A DNA stretch of 63,953 nucleotides, filler included, from Dirinaria sp. TL-2023a (Eukaryota): assembly GCA_051941275.1 (NCBI GenBank). It is 6 parts of 6 records of this genome, joined end to end, with 100 filler letters (N's around TTAATTAATTAA, not from the genome) between each part and the next. Parts side by side here need not be neighbours in the genome. Positions count along the whole stretch, not along the records: positions 42,751 to 53,303 come from JAVEBF010000925.1; positions 53,404 to 63,953 come from JAVEBF010000926.1; 4 more parts are not named here. One strand, written 5' to 3'. This document shows positions 49,370 through 61,849 of the stretch, in pieces. The position numbers and the translations under genes were made by a program. The notes below the pieces were generated by a model. It did not search any database, was not told where the DNA came from, and was given only the letters and a program-made list of their open reading frames with translations. Every line of letters begins with the position of its first letter. Positions within the stretch are counted from its first letter, which is position 1.

Positions 49370-52300
49370 ATGGCCTACGTGGAAACCCCTCGCACCGATG
49401 CCGGCAACGCGACCTTCATGACCAACGGCCACAACCTCGAGGATTTTTCCGTCGAGAATTCATTCGTTGCGCCTGCCAAAAACGATGATCTGGTGCACCA
49501 GATACGCAACGGTCGCGGACTCAATTTGAGAACCCCTCGCACGCGTAATCCCCTTGCGGATCGGCGGAATCTGCCCAACGGACCAAAGCCGGGGGAGTTT
49601 ACCCCGCTGTTGAAGAGTGTCGCGAAGAACAATTTCAATCGGAATAATAAGCTTCGTGGTGGTGCCGGCCCGGAAACGCCAGCGTTCCTGAAAAATGGCT
49701 ACAAAGGTAGCGATACGCCCGCGTTGCCCGGGACCGATTCTTCGTCAAGGGTGTACGGGGAGGAGACTGCGAGCTTGGCGGAAGGAGACCATGAAGAGAC
49801 GCCCGTCCCGCAGGTTGCGAGTAGTAGCGCTCAATCCACGCCTCTTGCACTTCCGCAGCGCGATGCCGGTGGTGTTCTGACGACAGAAGGCAATGCTATG
49901 ACCCTCAGAGAGCAGGAGAATGTAAGCTGCTGGGAGCGAAGGCCGTTATGTATGTACTTGGCAGCCCGCTAATCGTGGGAACAGATCATCAACAAGATCG
50001 AGAAGGAAAATTTCGGCTTGAAACTCAAAATACACTTCCTGGAGGAGACGCTCAAGAAAGCTGGTCCGGGGTATAATGCAGCAGCGGTTAAGGAGAACAC
50101 AGATCTAAAAGTAGACAAGATTACCATGCAGAAGGAACTTGCAAACGCTAGGAAGGCCGTCACCAAGACCGAACGCGAGTTGGAGCAATATCGGCTGCAT
50201 CTGCAGGAAATGCAGAAGGATATTCAGCGAAAGCATCTGGACGAGCATTTGCAACGCGAGCTTGAGTCGCTGAAAGCTAGCGGTGCAGAGAAAGACGAGG
50301 AGATCCGCCGCCTCAAGCAGCGGGTATCGGCAGCTGACAATGATGAAGAGCAGGCAGATAAACTACGTGGCGACATAGAAGATCTTCAAGCAGAGCTTCG
50401 AGAGAAAGAGAGATGGATCGATGAGCGTGATGACCAGATTGACAGGCTCAAAGAGCAAGCGCAGGAAGAATCCGATGAAGTTGCCCGATTGTCCGATGAG
50501 CTGGAGGACGAAAAGAAACGCGTCGAGGATCTCCAAGAAAACCAAGACCAACATGCAACACAAGCCGAGCAGCTTCAGGAGGCGCAGGAGGATCTCAAAG
50601 AAGCTTTAGAAGCTAAGCAGAAGGCGGAGGAAGACCTTCAAGAGGTTAGCATCCTCATTAAAAATTTCCCCATCGCGCATTCTCCATGCTAAACATGAAT
50701 AGTTGCAAGAGGAAATGTCCAACAAATCTTTCCATACTAAAGGCCTAAGTCGGCAATTGGAAGACAAGGCAAACAAATTGCAGAACGATTTAGCTGAGCT
50801 GCGACAAGAGCATAAGGAGCTTAGAGAGCGTTTCGATCAAACTTCCCGAGAACTGAGGAAAGCGCAGGAGAAGAATCAGGAAATTCAGCAAGATGCTCAA
50901 GATTGTCAACATCGCCTTGAAGACGACAAGGAGCTACTGAGTCACGAGCGCGATGTCGCTATTCGGAAGTCTGGCTCTCTGAGTGGTGAAGTCCAAAAGT
51001 TGACCAAAGAGCTTCGCAATAAGTCAGAGGACAAGGACTTGTTACACTCACGGCACGATGCGCTCACAGCAGAATCTCAGGTTTTACAGAAGGACCTATC
51101 GAAAGCTCAGTCCAGGATTTCAGAGCTAGAACAAAACCTTGACGATGAGCGGCTGCATGCGCTTGAGCAGGAGGGTCGACTACGTTCCGAGGCGCAAAAT
51201 GAGATTGGCCGTCTTTCTGGAGAAAGTGACAGCCTGCGTCGCGAGTTGGAAGATCACGTCAGCCAATTTGACGCGGACAGGGAACAGTGGGAAAGCCACC
51301 GGAGCGACCTTCTATCGCAGAAGGAGCGGTCTGACGAGCGAGCTGCTGGTCTTCAGCGTACAGTTAGCAAGCTGCAGGAGACCGAAGGCACACTCTCTGG
51401 CAGGGAAACAAAGCTGCAGCAGGCTCTCGAAAGCGAGAAACAGCGTCATCAGAAAGAGGAAGCGGTGCTGGGACGACAAATTGACGAGCTTAAGTCTACC
51501 ATTGCGGAGAAACGTCAAGCTTTTGAAGATGTCCGATCTGAGCTCTCTCAGGCAAAAGAGGACCTCCGCCAGGCAGAGCGAGATCAGTCAGCACTCGAAG
51601 ACAGAGTTCAAAACTTGGAGGATGAGATAGAAGTTCTGCAGGTTAACTTTGATGAAGATTCTGAACGAGCTAGAAACGAGATCGAAACTGCACAAGAAGA
51701 AGTAGGCTCGCTGCGGACTGAACTGCAGACGGCAAAGGAAGATCTTTCCCGTGCTACAATGGGACAAGGTTCACCCAGACAGCTCAACGCTAATATCCAA
51801 GATCTCAATGCTCAGCTTAAACAAGTCAATGAGGAGAAGCAATCTCTGCAAGATCGACTGGCTGCGATAAACATTGACCTGCACGATCTACGCAAAACTT
51901 CCTCCGAGACGGAGGCTGAGCGAGACGAGATGAAGAGTCAGCTTAAACAGATGCAAAACCAAGTCGACGAGACTTTCAAGCTTGATGAAGAGAAGATCCA
52001 ACTGCGTACGTCGAAATTGAAGCTAGAGAATGATGTCAGCCGGTTACGGGAGGAGCGTAAAGGCTTGCTTGACAAGAATCAATCGATCGAGCGCGAGTTA
52101 GAGGCAGAAATTGAGCGAGCATGCTCGGAAGAAGCACGGCTGAATGATGAAATATCCGGCCTGCAAAGAAAAGTTGGATCCTCCTCTGAATCCCGCGACA
52201 GAGAGCTCCAGCTCGCCAAGCAGAAATCGCAGCGTCTCGAGAGGCAGGTGCAAGATCTCGAAGACCGTTTGGCCCAAGGAGAGCCCAACGCTAGTCTGCC

Positions 52301-53303
52301 CACTGAGCTGTCAATGTTGCAGAAAGACCTTAGCGCGGCACGCCAAAAAGAGACAAATTTCCTTCATCGCGAAGCCACGTATAAAGACAATATCCGAGGC
52401 TTGAAGCAGAACGTCGCTCGTCTTGAACGCCAGGTACATGAGATCGAAGTCTCTCGACTTGCAGTTGACTCTCCGAAATCTTCTATTGGCGGCTCAGCCC
52501 GGAAGAACGAGCTCGTTGAACTTCGCCGGCAGCTTACAGAAGCGCAGCAGAATCTGAAAGACCTTCGTAGCAAGTCCAAAGAAATTGAGCGCTCCCTTCA
52601 GCGCCGCCTCCTGGAGTCAGAACGACAGGCCCAAACCGAAGCCGAAACTTTTGATCAACAACGCGAGCAGCTGGAAGCAGAACTCACAAGTTGCCGCCTC
52701 GAAATAGAATCCCACACGTCGAAGACGTCAACGGACGCAAAAACAATCGTCCGCCTCAGAAGCCGCATTCAGCACCTTGAATCGTCCCTTCAATCCGCTC
52801 GCAACTCCACCGCTGCCGACCACACCATGGCCGAAGAGCGCAAAGACCTGCATGAGATGCTAAAAGACGCCAAGCTCTCCGCCGAGAGCCTGCAGCTCGA
52901 GATCTCCACCCGCCAATCCCTCCTCGACGCCGCTAACACGCGAGAGAAGGACTTGCGCGCGCAGCTGAAACGCATCCGCGAAGAACGCACGCTCCAGACC
53001 CAGAGATCATCGGCTCTCACATCCGAGCTGGAGAACCTCCAAGCCGACTACGAGAAAGCCCTCGAAAGGTTCTCGCGCAAGCAAAAGCAATGGGAAGAGG
53101 AGCGGAAGAAAGTCCGGTTCACGAACATGAGCGTCAGCGAGGGCAACTCGCAGGTCGACCGGGAGCTGGAGAAGCGGCACACGGTCGAGCTGACGGGGTT
53201 GGCGCGACAGATCCAATGGTTGCGAGCGCGGCTGGTCAGGGAGGAAGGGTTCCGGAAGGGGCTGGCGTGGGAAAAGAAATGGTTGACGATGCGGTGTGAG
53301 ATG
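49370..53303 (+). CDS. pcp1: Spindle pole body coiled-coil protein Pcp1/PcpA (pericentrin/Spc110-like), 3' truncated
   Basis: CM1 motif TLREQEN-IINKIEKENFGLKLKIHFLEE, a very long coiled coil, and the start of a PACT-like region (ELTGLARQIQWLRARLVREEGFR) at the gap. Confidence 0.85.
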
Positions 53304-53403
53304 NNNNNNNNNNNNNNNNNNNNNNNNNNNNNNNNNNNNNNNNNNNNTTAATTAATTAANNNNNNNNNNNNNNNNNNNNNNNNNNNNNNNNNNNNNNNNN
53401 NNN
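53304..53403. other. Artificial contig linker
   Basis: N + TTAATTAATTAA + N. Confidence 0.98.
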
Positions 53404-53955
53404 TGCTGCTGCTGCGGCTGCTGGATTTGGAGAAAGTGTCCTCTCCATGCTTTCGGCCTCGATCATGGCCGGCAAAGGGGCAGCTCCAAAATAGGGGACC
53501 TGGTGAGAAGGCCCAGAGGGAAGAAGCGGGTCCAGCGGGTATCTGGTGGGAGAAGAGGGGGTGGTCGCTACCGGACTTGGCGAGATGGATGGACGTCGCT
53601 GCTCAGGTGCAAGGGATAGCAGAGAGTCGTCCGGATTTCTGGGATCGAACAACGGCTCGTCGTCGGCGGCAGAGAGCGTGTGCGGCACATCTGGACTAAT
53701 TTTGCAATTGTTAGTCCCATGGACGTTCAAGTTCATCGCAGCATGTTTGGAAGCAGGACATACTTCGTGGCCATGCCCTGTCTCTGGGCGAAGTTGTCAG
53801 ACTCCTCGATCGATGTCTGTTGATCTTGCTCAAGCAACATAGGGTCGATGAGCATCTCTGGAGCGGTGGTTTCTGACGGCCCAGCTTGATCGGTAGACTT
53901 TGGGCTCGACATCATCATACTTTGGATGTGGCTCTCGATCTTGCAATACTTGTAT

Positions 53956-54195
53956 TCAGAACGCGTTGCGCGAAAGAGACCAAGGGTTGAGTATGATACG
54001 GGATCAGAAAGCGTTGCTCGGAAGATGCTGAGGATTGAGGATGATGAGCACTCAGAGAGCGGTGTTTGGAAGAACCCAAAGCTTGAGGATGGTAAGCAAT
54101 CAGAAAGCTTCGCTCGAAAGGTACTGAGGCTTGAGGTTGGTAAGTATTCAGAAAGGGTAGCTCGAAAGATGCTGAGGCTTGAGGATTATAAGGGT
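53956..54195. repeat. Degenerate tandem repeat, 5 x 48 bp
   Basis: Units begin TCAGA and resemble TCAGAAAGCGTTGCTCGAAAGATGCTGAGGCTTGAGGATG; translate as SERVARKMLRLED-like on +. Confidence 0.75.
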
Positions 54196-56237
54196 ACCAA
54201 AAAGCGCGTAATTGGGAAGTACGAGGTGATTATTGTGTCGTGTCTCAGTTATATAATCGAAGTAGCGTAACTGCGAAGTACGAGGTGATTATTGTGTCGT
54301 CGTGTCTCGATTATATAATGGAAGCAGCATGGTTTTGCTGTTAGAATAAGCGCCAGGGATCCTACAATCGAATAGCTCTGCTGCTATGGAAAGCGAGCCT
54401 CATAGCCATTGCTGATTGCGAGTCCTTAGAATTATGCTTGGGACATTGAAGTCCCTTTTCTCACTGCCAAACACATGACATGATATATAGTACGGACCCA
54501 TTTGTGACTGAAATCAGTACAACTTGCGAAGCTTTATGTCTCTGGCTGTGAGTGTTTTATATTCTGACTTACCGTGCAGTCAATTGTTGTCATCACACTT
54601 CAACACCAATCTCCCGCTCTAAACACTGTATCTCTATGGAGTTTGTGTTGTAGCAAGGACTAATATGACCTATAGATCTCGATGAATCGGGCCATTCCAA
54701 TTGCCTTAGAGAACGAGGGTTGATCATGACTTTTGATAGGATCGAGAAAGGGGTGGCTCTCAAAATTCCTGGAAAAATATAGGTATACAGAACCGCTGGC
54801 AAGCTTTTCCTGTAGTATATGATCCTTTCTTGAAAAGCATTGATCCACTTACAGCGTTGTTTGGCAGTCTTCTTTACGACCGAGAAATCAAGCCACATAT
54901 TGTCTTTGAAATCCAGAAACCTTTAGTGAGCACAAAATTTTGAGGAAGAAAAATTTGAGGAAAAAATCACCATGATAAATCACCGGCTCCATCGAAAAGT
55001 TACATACTGTCCTTAGGGATGGCTTTTCTATTCTTTTCGACAGTTCCTGACACCGAGTTCAGAACCTTTGAGGCGGTAGCGATGATCGGTCGAAACATAA
55101 AATGATCCATAGCAAGGACTCAGGCTCCAACAGACAAGGCGGCGGCTGACACTGACAACGGCTTGATAGAAATAACAATTCCTTTATTCGATCTCTTGCT
55201 CATCTCGTCTTCAATTTCCATCGGAGTGGGAATCGTGGGCCTATCCATGGATGCTTCGAGATATATCCGCAACTGCTGTTTGTTTTTCGATTATCTTGAT
55301 CCCAAGCACTGTTCATTTTCGAATGCAATCATGAGAAAGACCAGCAATGCATGGTTCGGCACAGATCCCAAACTATGACTTTGGTCTTTACCATTTCTAT
55401 TTCTTGGTATTTTGGTTGTACTTTTCATTTGCTTTAAGTTTGTCGATAGTATGAGAAGGATAAAGTTGCTGCTACTGCGACAGAAGAGAAAGTTTGCAGT
55501 ACTCGGGCTGTCATCGTTGATGGTATAGACGCGGGCGCTGACGCTTTGGGAGCTGATGTCGACAGTCGAAGCTAGTGCGGCAAGACGAAGTAGGCCGTAG
55601 TCTGAATTGGCCACGACTCTAGACTCTAGAGCAAGATTGTTGGACCAATTGGAAGCTGTTGAAATTTAATGGATTAAGTGCAGCAACGACGCGGTACTGC
55701 TACGGATTCCACCGAAGGAAAGATCAAAATACTTTACTTGGCATGTCACTCACCACGTGATCTTCCAGTGCTGCGTGGAGCACCTTTTTCCAGAGACAAT
55801 CGACGAGGTATTCAAGTTATGCATCATTCAGTTGTGCTTTGGTTCTCAATGTGACTGCAAAATTCTATCAGGATCATTATTGTTCACCAGGCACTAATAG
55901 CATACCATGAACGTTGGAATGAGTCTTAAGCTAGGGATACCTAGTAACTGTACACCACAAGTCCACAACCCAAAGATCCTTCTGATACTGGATTGTCTTG
56001 AAGGTATTCAATTATACATATTATGATTACATTACGGGAAGATGCTGGTGGCACCAAAACCAAGGCTTTTCATTTCAATGGCTCATGCATTCACGCTCTT
56101 CGCTCTTACTGAAATTACCTCCGCATGCCGTTTCTGCTCCGAAATTACGTATTATCCTACTTCATGTAGCTTGGACTCTCTTTGGCGTTATCGCACCCTG
56201 CGCACATTATTTCAATGCTCGCTGGATCTGCTCTGCC

Positions 56238-56922
56238 TCACTTCAAACCACCCCTCCTCCAGGCCAAAAAGCTGAAGAACGCGCTCGCGCAAAACGCTGC
56301 CCAGGCAAACCAGATAAAAGCCGTGTCCGCCTGCGCCTGCCTGCACCTTCCCACGCGATCCACATTGTCAGACACGGCATGCTCATTGGTGACGACACCT
56401 CCATTGACGATGTTGTTGTGCGTAAGGTGCGTACACAATCCGTGAGGCTGATTGCAGGAGCAGGAAGTGGGGATGCGTGCTGCAAATGCCTTGAGAAGAG
56501 CCAGCATATGTCAGCGAAATTCTAAATGGGAGCGCGTGAAGCTGATGATCTAGAGAGCGAACGTACGATTCCACCCGCGAACAGGAACAGCGCGGTTAAG
56601 CCATCCAGCGCCAGCGCAACTATGCCTCCCAACGCGCTGATGAAGCTCGCTGCAAGGCCCACTAAAGCCGCCACAATGCCAATGATGCCGACGAAGACCT
56701 CGTAATTCGTTGTCGCGGGTGCGCCGCCGAAATGTTGTGTCGCGACCAGGTTGGCGGAGAGACCGAGGACTATCACGGAGAAAGCGAGCTACAGAGAAGA
56801 GGTGATTAGCTACAGTTAAGACAGGGAAGGACGAGAGAGGCGCAGTACTATAATTGTGAGTTGGAAAGGGGTTTCAAGCTTACCTCGAGGCCGCGGAGGG
56901 CCATGTTTGCTATGGACGCCAT
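56238..56922 (-). CDS. MARVEL-domain protein, Nce102-like, multi-exon
   Basis: MASIANMALRGLE-LAFSVIVLGLSANL, LALDGLTALFLFAGGI, NNIVNGG and RCRQAQADTAFIWF. The 3' end is approximate. Confidence 0.8.
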
Positions 56923-57656
56923 CGCGGAAGGGATGCGCTTTGGGTGCGCAGAGGTGCTTGAAAGGTAGGGGGATTGGATTTAAGAAATCGCGAAGCAAGG
57001 TGAGGAGGGGGAGGAAGTAGAGAGGGGGTAGCGCAGCAGAGGAGGAGAAGCTCTAGATACAGAATAGGTTCGTAAAAATGAGGAGGAGAATGTGGGAAAT
57101 AATGAAGGATGCGGATGGAGATTAACTTCTACTATGAATTGCCAACCACTTTTCCGGTTTGACGCCAAGAAGGAAGAAAAGCCGGTTCGCCGAAGGCATG
57201 AAATCATCCGCTAGCCAATTCGGGAAGATTAGGTAATATCTTATTCAGGCACGTTTGGACTTCTATTCATTTCGCTCACTCTACCTAAATTCGAGCAGCT
57301 CATGTAAACAAAGCAGTCCCAGACAGCTGGATAGTAAGGATTTTTGTGCAAGATGCTTCTTTGTTACCCCTGAACCATGCTCACATCAGTCTTTGAGTAA
57401 GACCCGAATGATACCGGTGCTGAAGATCTGGAAATCTACCTGCTAACATGACCCAATCTGCCTCTTCTGAAATGCAGCCGTCCAGCGATGGGACAACGTT
57501 TCTTCTTAAGTAGCTCACGAATTCTGTTCCATGTATGGCGACAGACCAGAAAGGTTTCCCATCCGTATCTCAGTCGCTCTCGTCGCTCTCATCGCTCTCG
57601 TCACTCTCGCTCAGCATTTCGAGCCTCCCTTGATGGGCGTTCCTACCCACGCCCAG

Positions 57657-59054
57657 TCATCTGCTAACTCCTTCGATCTCTTCCAATTCAAACCTCTGCT
57701 CATTGGAGGTTTCGATCCGGTCTAGTAGCCATTCCCCTCGATCATCTGGATACTCCTTTTGCAAAGCCCATTCGAGGATTTCGGGATCTGCCCAGTCGAT
57801 GTCCACTTTTAACCCATGGAGCAGAGCATGCAAAACAGCGTGGGAGCAGTCGCTGGCCAGTGCGAGTTGGAGATGTTTGGTGCCAACGGTCAGTCCGACG
57901 CAGTACCTGTGAACATGTCTTTCACACATGCCGATGGTATTCCATCCTTCCCAGGAGGGAAGCTCATCGGCGAACCTCTCACATTCATAACACCATTCGT
58001 CCACCACATTTTTGAAAATTAATGTATGAACGGATCCAACAAAGGCCACGATAGCCTGCTTGTTTCCCTCCCTAATGGCCTCACAAAGACCCGTTTCGGC
58101 GACCTCTTTTTCCATCCTTCTGCCAGGTAGGTCTATCCTGCCACCACCTCTAGATATCCGCTGCAGTGTCTCACACTTCTCGTCGGACCACGGCCCGTGG
58201 AGAAATTTGATCGGTATTCTGCAATGATCAAGGCAAAGCATCAATTTCGAAGCGCAATGCAAGAGCTCATCTCCCCAGATATCATCATCTTCGAAATTGG
58301 TAGCAGTCAGCTCTATCCATCCTTCACGGAACGCAACGTGCACGTTGACTCGTACGTTGTGTGACTCGTTCTTCCATTCCCATTGCTCCAATTCCGACAA
58401 TGGCCCCTCCTCTATTATCCTACCTCCTGTGATTTTACGCTTGTAACCCCGACTCACTGCGTCTAGTTTCCCTTCTTTGTCAACGACCAGTCTGCCGGTT
58501 TCCATTAAATCGAATGAAATCTCCAAGTGGGCGGTTTTTCGATCTGCCAGACCAGAACGTCGGAATTCGCGCGATATAGTTCGCACCAGAAAAGGCTCTG
58601 TCAACTCCCTGACGAAAGACGGGGTAGCCCATTTCAGGGCCAATATGTCGGACTGCAAGCGACCAATCGATTCATAGGTCCCAAGGATGCTGAGCAAATA
58701 TCCGAGGTTTCGCAAGTCAGGATCAGTCTCTCCGGGCTCGTAGGTTTCGGAAGTGAAGACAAGGAGGAAGAGTTTTGTCTTTATATGATTCGAAGCTAGG
58801 CGTTTACCAAGGATGGGCGATGAACGCGGTAAGCTAAGATTCAAACAGTACATAAAGACCATTTCCAGTAACTCTGTGGGAAGCTTTTCAAGTGCTGAAT
58901 CTCCGGCAGGTATGTGGTTGGCTGAGCCATTATCTTCTATTCGAGCATGTTTCGGTGGACTGGAGGTCAAGCTGGTTGGTGATGCTGCTCGCTTGTTCCG
59001 CCCTCGGTGGTCGGGCAGTGCTGTGGAGCTTCCCATGTTCGACTGACTTGACAT
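57657..59054 (-). CDS. Hypothetical protein with F-box-like N-terminal motif
   Basis: Long ORF containing LEKLPTELLEMVFMYCLNLSLPRSSPILGKRL; start chosen at MSSQSNM (uncertain). Confidence 0.7.
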   Translation of the reverse strand: MSSQSNMGSSTALPDHRGRNKRAASPTSLTSSPPKHARIEDNGSANHIPAGDSALEKLPTELLEMVFMYCLNLSLPRSSPILGKRLASNHIKTKLFLLVFTSETYEPGETDPDLRNLGYLLSILGTYESIGRLQSDILALKWATPSFVRELTEPFLVRTISREFRRSGLADRKTAHLEISFDLMETGRLVVDKEGKLDAVSRGYKRKITGGRIIEEGPLSELEQWEWKNESHNVRVNVHVAFREGWIELTATNFEDDDIWGDELLHCASKLMLCLDHCRIPIKFLHGPWSDEKCETLQRISRGGGRIDLPGRRMEKEVAETGLCEAIREGNKQAIVAFVGSVHTLIFKNVVDEWCYECERFADELPSWEGWNTIGMCERHVHRYCVGLTVGTKHLQLALASDCSHAVLHALLHGLKVDIDWADPEILEWALQKEYPDDRGEWLLDRIETSNEQRFELEEIEGVSR

Positions 59055-61135
59055 AGTGGGCCTTGCGTGGCACTTCTTGACGCGGATTTGTACTGGAACT
59101 CTCTCTCTGTGATCAGAGCGGAAGAAGAATGATGGAGCACTAGAAATGAGATCCGTTATGGCAGGTTTGAGCCGCTGGCTTGCCGATAAAGGAACTCCAT
59201 GTACGGAATGATGTTCAGGAAGCCATGTAGACTGCAAGAGAGAAGATCACCAGGTTGTGAACACTCAGTACTTACCTTAAGTATCGATGGACATAGAATC
59301 GGTTCAATTTACCCCGTCTTGGCAGTGTTCTCGCTTAATATATGGCTGAGTCTTAACACGAAATCATGCAGATTTAAACACCAACTCTCACTGCAGGATG
59401 GACTCTTCAACACTTTCTCTTTTTTATCACCTCACTTCTTCTAGTGTTTCTTTCCTTTCCCCCCTTTTTCTTTTGGGAGATTCATAGTGCTGGAGCCAGA
59501 TTGTGGCCATTCCCTGCAGTTAGCCTTGCATAATCAAAAGTGTACTGGAGCCCGGCTGGCTTGAATATCATGAAAAGCTCTGGCAGCAATACCATACTAC
59601 TAACCTCACTTTTGGTATCTGATAGGCTTGATCGCGAACTATGCTGGTTGACTGAGACGGCTTAGGATCCATGTGGCGTTTGAAGTCCTAGCTCCGATAG
59701 CTAATCGTGTCACCAGTACCTGCCAGCATATTATTTGGGACCACCATTGGGCCAATAGCGATATATTCTGATTCAGAACAGCTATCGACTCACGTTTCCC
59801 ATCGCAAATCCTGAAGTTGTAAATTGGCGAGGACAGAGAACTCTTTTATGTCGATGGGCTCTGGCTCCCCACAAGCCTTCTTCAAGAAACAGTCTCAAGT
59901 CACGATGGGAGGCAGAGATTAATTGAGCAGCTAAATCAGTTTCTTGTATATGAGGCCATATATAAAATCTTACATCGAATGTGGGTAAAGCGTTAGTACC
60001 CACAGAACACCCAGGAAGCTAAGAAGCTGCAAGAAGCCTTTTCAATCTGGGATTCTGGCACCCAAACAAGCCACAAGGACCTCTAAGCCTATCCTTCTAC
60101 TTTGCCACGATCGAAACTCTACTTAGCTATTGATTTTTCATCCAAAGGCTCTAAGACCAAGTTCAAATTGTAGGAGCTCAACAATTTCACAGCAAAGACA
60201 GCAAACTACAGCTCTCGCAAGTGAGAAGAGATCAAGCACAAACATGAGAGCTCTACAACTCAGCTTCGTCAAAGAGCTTAAAAAGGACCACGAATTTCTC
60301 TTAAGCTATGTATTGCTGAAACAGCATATCGACTTTTAGCATCACATAACCCCAACAACGCAAGATGCTCCATCAGAGCCGCAGTTCGCAAAGCAAATAA
60401 AAGATTTGCGGAACTTGTTTCGATTCACAAGCCTTTGAATCGAAGATGCCACGCCCATTTTCCACGAGGGATATTCGCTGCTGGGTTGCTACACTATAAA
60501 TTCATCACGATAGTAGGATGACGTTCGTGAGAAATATGACGCATTTAACTCCTTCTCGTCGCATCTTAGCGGATTATTTCACTCTGTTATAGTAGAGAAA
60601 AAATTATGGTGAATAATGCCAATGAAATATGGAATTTTTAATGCGGGGAAAAGGATAATGTCTCAGCCTCGCATGGGGGGATGGGTGGATGGTTACATAC
60701 ATTGAGTAAATTGTGAGCTCGGCACGATTTTGAATTGGAGAATTTGGAGGAGATATGGTTTTTAAGTGAGGCGGACTTTTTTCTGTTGTGATACGTATTT
60801 ATGAAAGGTAGCTTCGGCGAATGAATGACAGGGGGTGGTGTTAAGGGCTGGATGGTTTTTTTTTTTTTTTTTAGGAATTATTAGGGGGCTATGTGTTTTA
60901 GTTGATTAATTGATAGACCCTGGGATATGTTCTTTTGATAGGGTTTTGGAGTGAAACAGCTTGAGATAGTTCTTGTATCTGAAGTCAAGAGAAAATCAAC
61001 GTTGTAGAATCGTGAGAGTGGAGAGTAGTATGCTAGGCGGAGAAAGGATAAAATAGTTGATGCATGATGCTTCTCCGACTTGAAACCTTTATTGAGGTAG
61101 GACACTCCTTATAAACCGAACACGACAGGATGTCC

Positions 61136-61849
61136 TCACGTCGCCTTCTTCCACTCATGCTCCGTTAAATCCGCCACCCACTCCGCCGCCGCATCCCCCA
61201 CCTTCAAAGCCGCAAGATACAGGCTCGCGTCCAGCCCACAAGTGACGCCTCCAGCAGTAAGAACCCTGACCCCCGCGCCGTTGACCCCACCATCCACATA
61301 CCTCCTCTGCGCGTTACTCTCCAGCACGTTCACCGCCTCCCCACCTTTAGATGCCTTACTGCAGACCTGCCGCAGCAGATCATACGCACCGTGATGAGTC
61401 GTCAGATTCAAATTCCCCACCGCGCCCGTAGCACCGACCAGCAACGCCCCCGTACACACGGAGAACATCACCCGCTCGCCCTTTCCCCCATCCGACGGCA
61501 CACGAGTCGCAAAGTCACGCACGAACTGCATCTCGGGGCTGTCCCGTTCCACGAGCCCCATCATGAGCTCCGGCGGGCCACCAGGCACGACCAAGATGTC
61601 AAATTCATCGAGCCGCTTGCTGGCTTCTTCGAGAGTCAGGTCCGCGGTGACCGTGAGTGCGCCGCCGGCGCGGATGGTGGGGTTTGCGGCGACGATGTGC
61701 AGTTTGAAGCCCGGTTCGGGGGTTTGACGGTCTTGGTTGTAGGTCACGTGGCTGAGCATCTCGACGGGGCCGGCGAAGTCGAGGATGTCCCCGCCGTCGA
61801 AGACGAGGACTGCTACTTGATGGATTTTTTTGTGGGGGGAAGGAGCCAT
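61136..61849 (-). CDS. DJ-1/PfpI family protein (isonitrile hydratase-like subgroup)
   Basis: VAVLVFDGGDILDFAGPVEML, DILVVPGG, SVCTGA (catalytic Cys), TTHH and TAGGVTCGLD. Confidence 0.9.
   Translation of the reverse strand: MAPSPHKKIHQVAVLVFDGGDILDFAGPVEMLSHVTYNQDRQTPEPGFKLHIVAANPTIRAGGALTVTADLTLEEASKRLDEFDILVVPGGPPELMMGLVERDSPEMQFVRDFATRVPSDGGKGERVMFSVCTGALLVGATGAVGNLNLTTHHGAYDLLRQVCSKASKGGEAVNVLESNAQRRYVDGGVNGAGVRVLTAGGVTCGLDASLYLAALKVGDAAAEWVADLTEHEWKKAT

Noticed and set aside
54560..55620. Fragmented minus-strand ORFs
   Set aside because: Short and interrupted, with no identifiable family.
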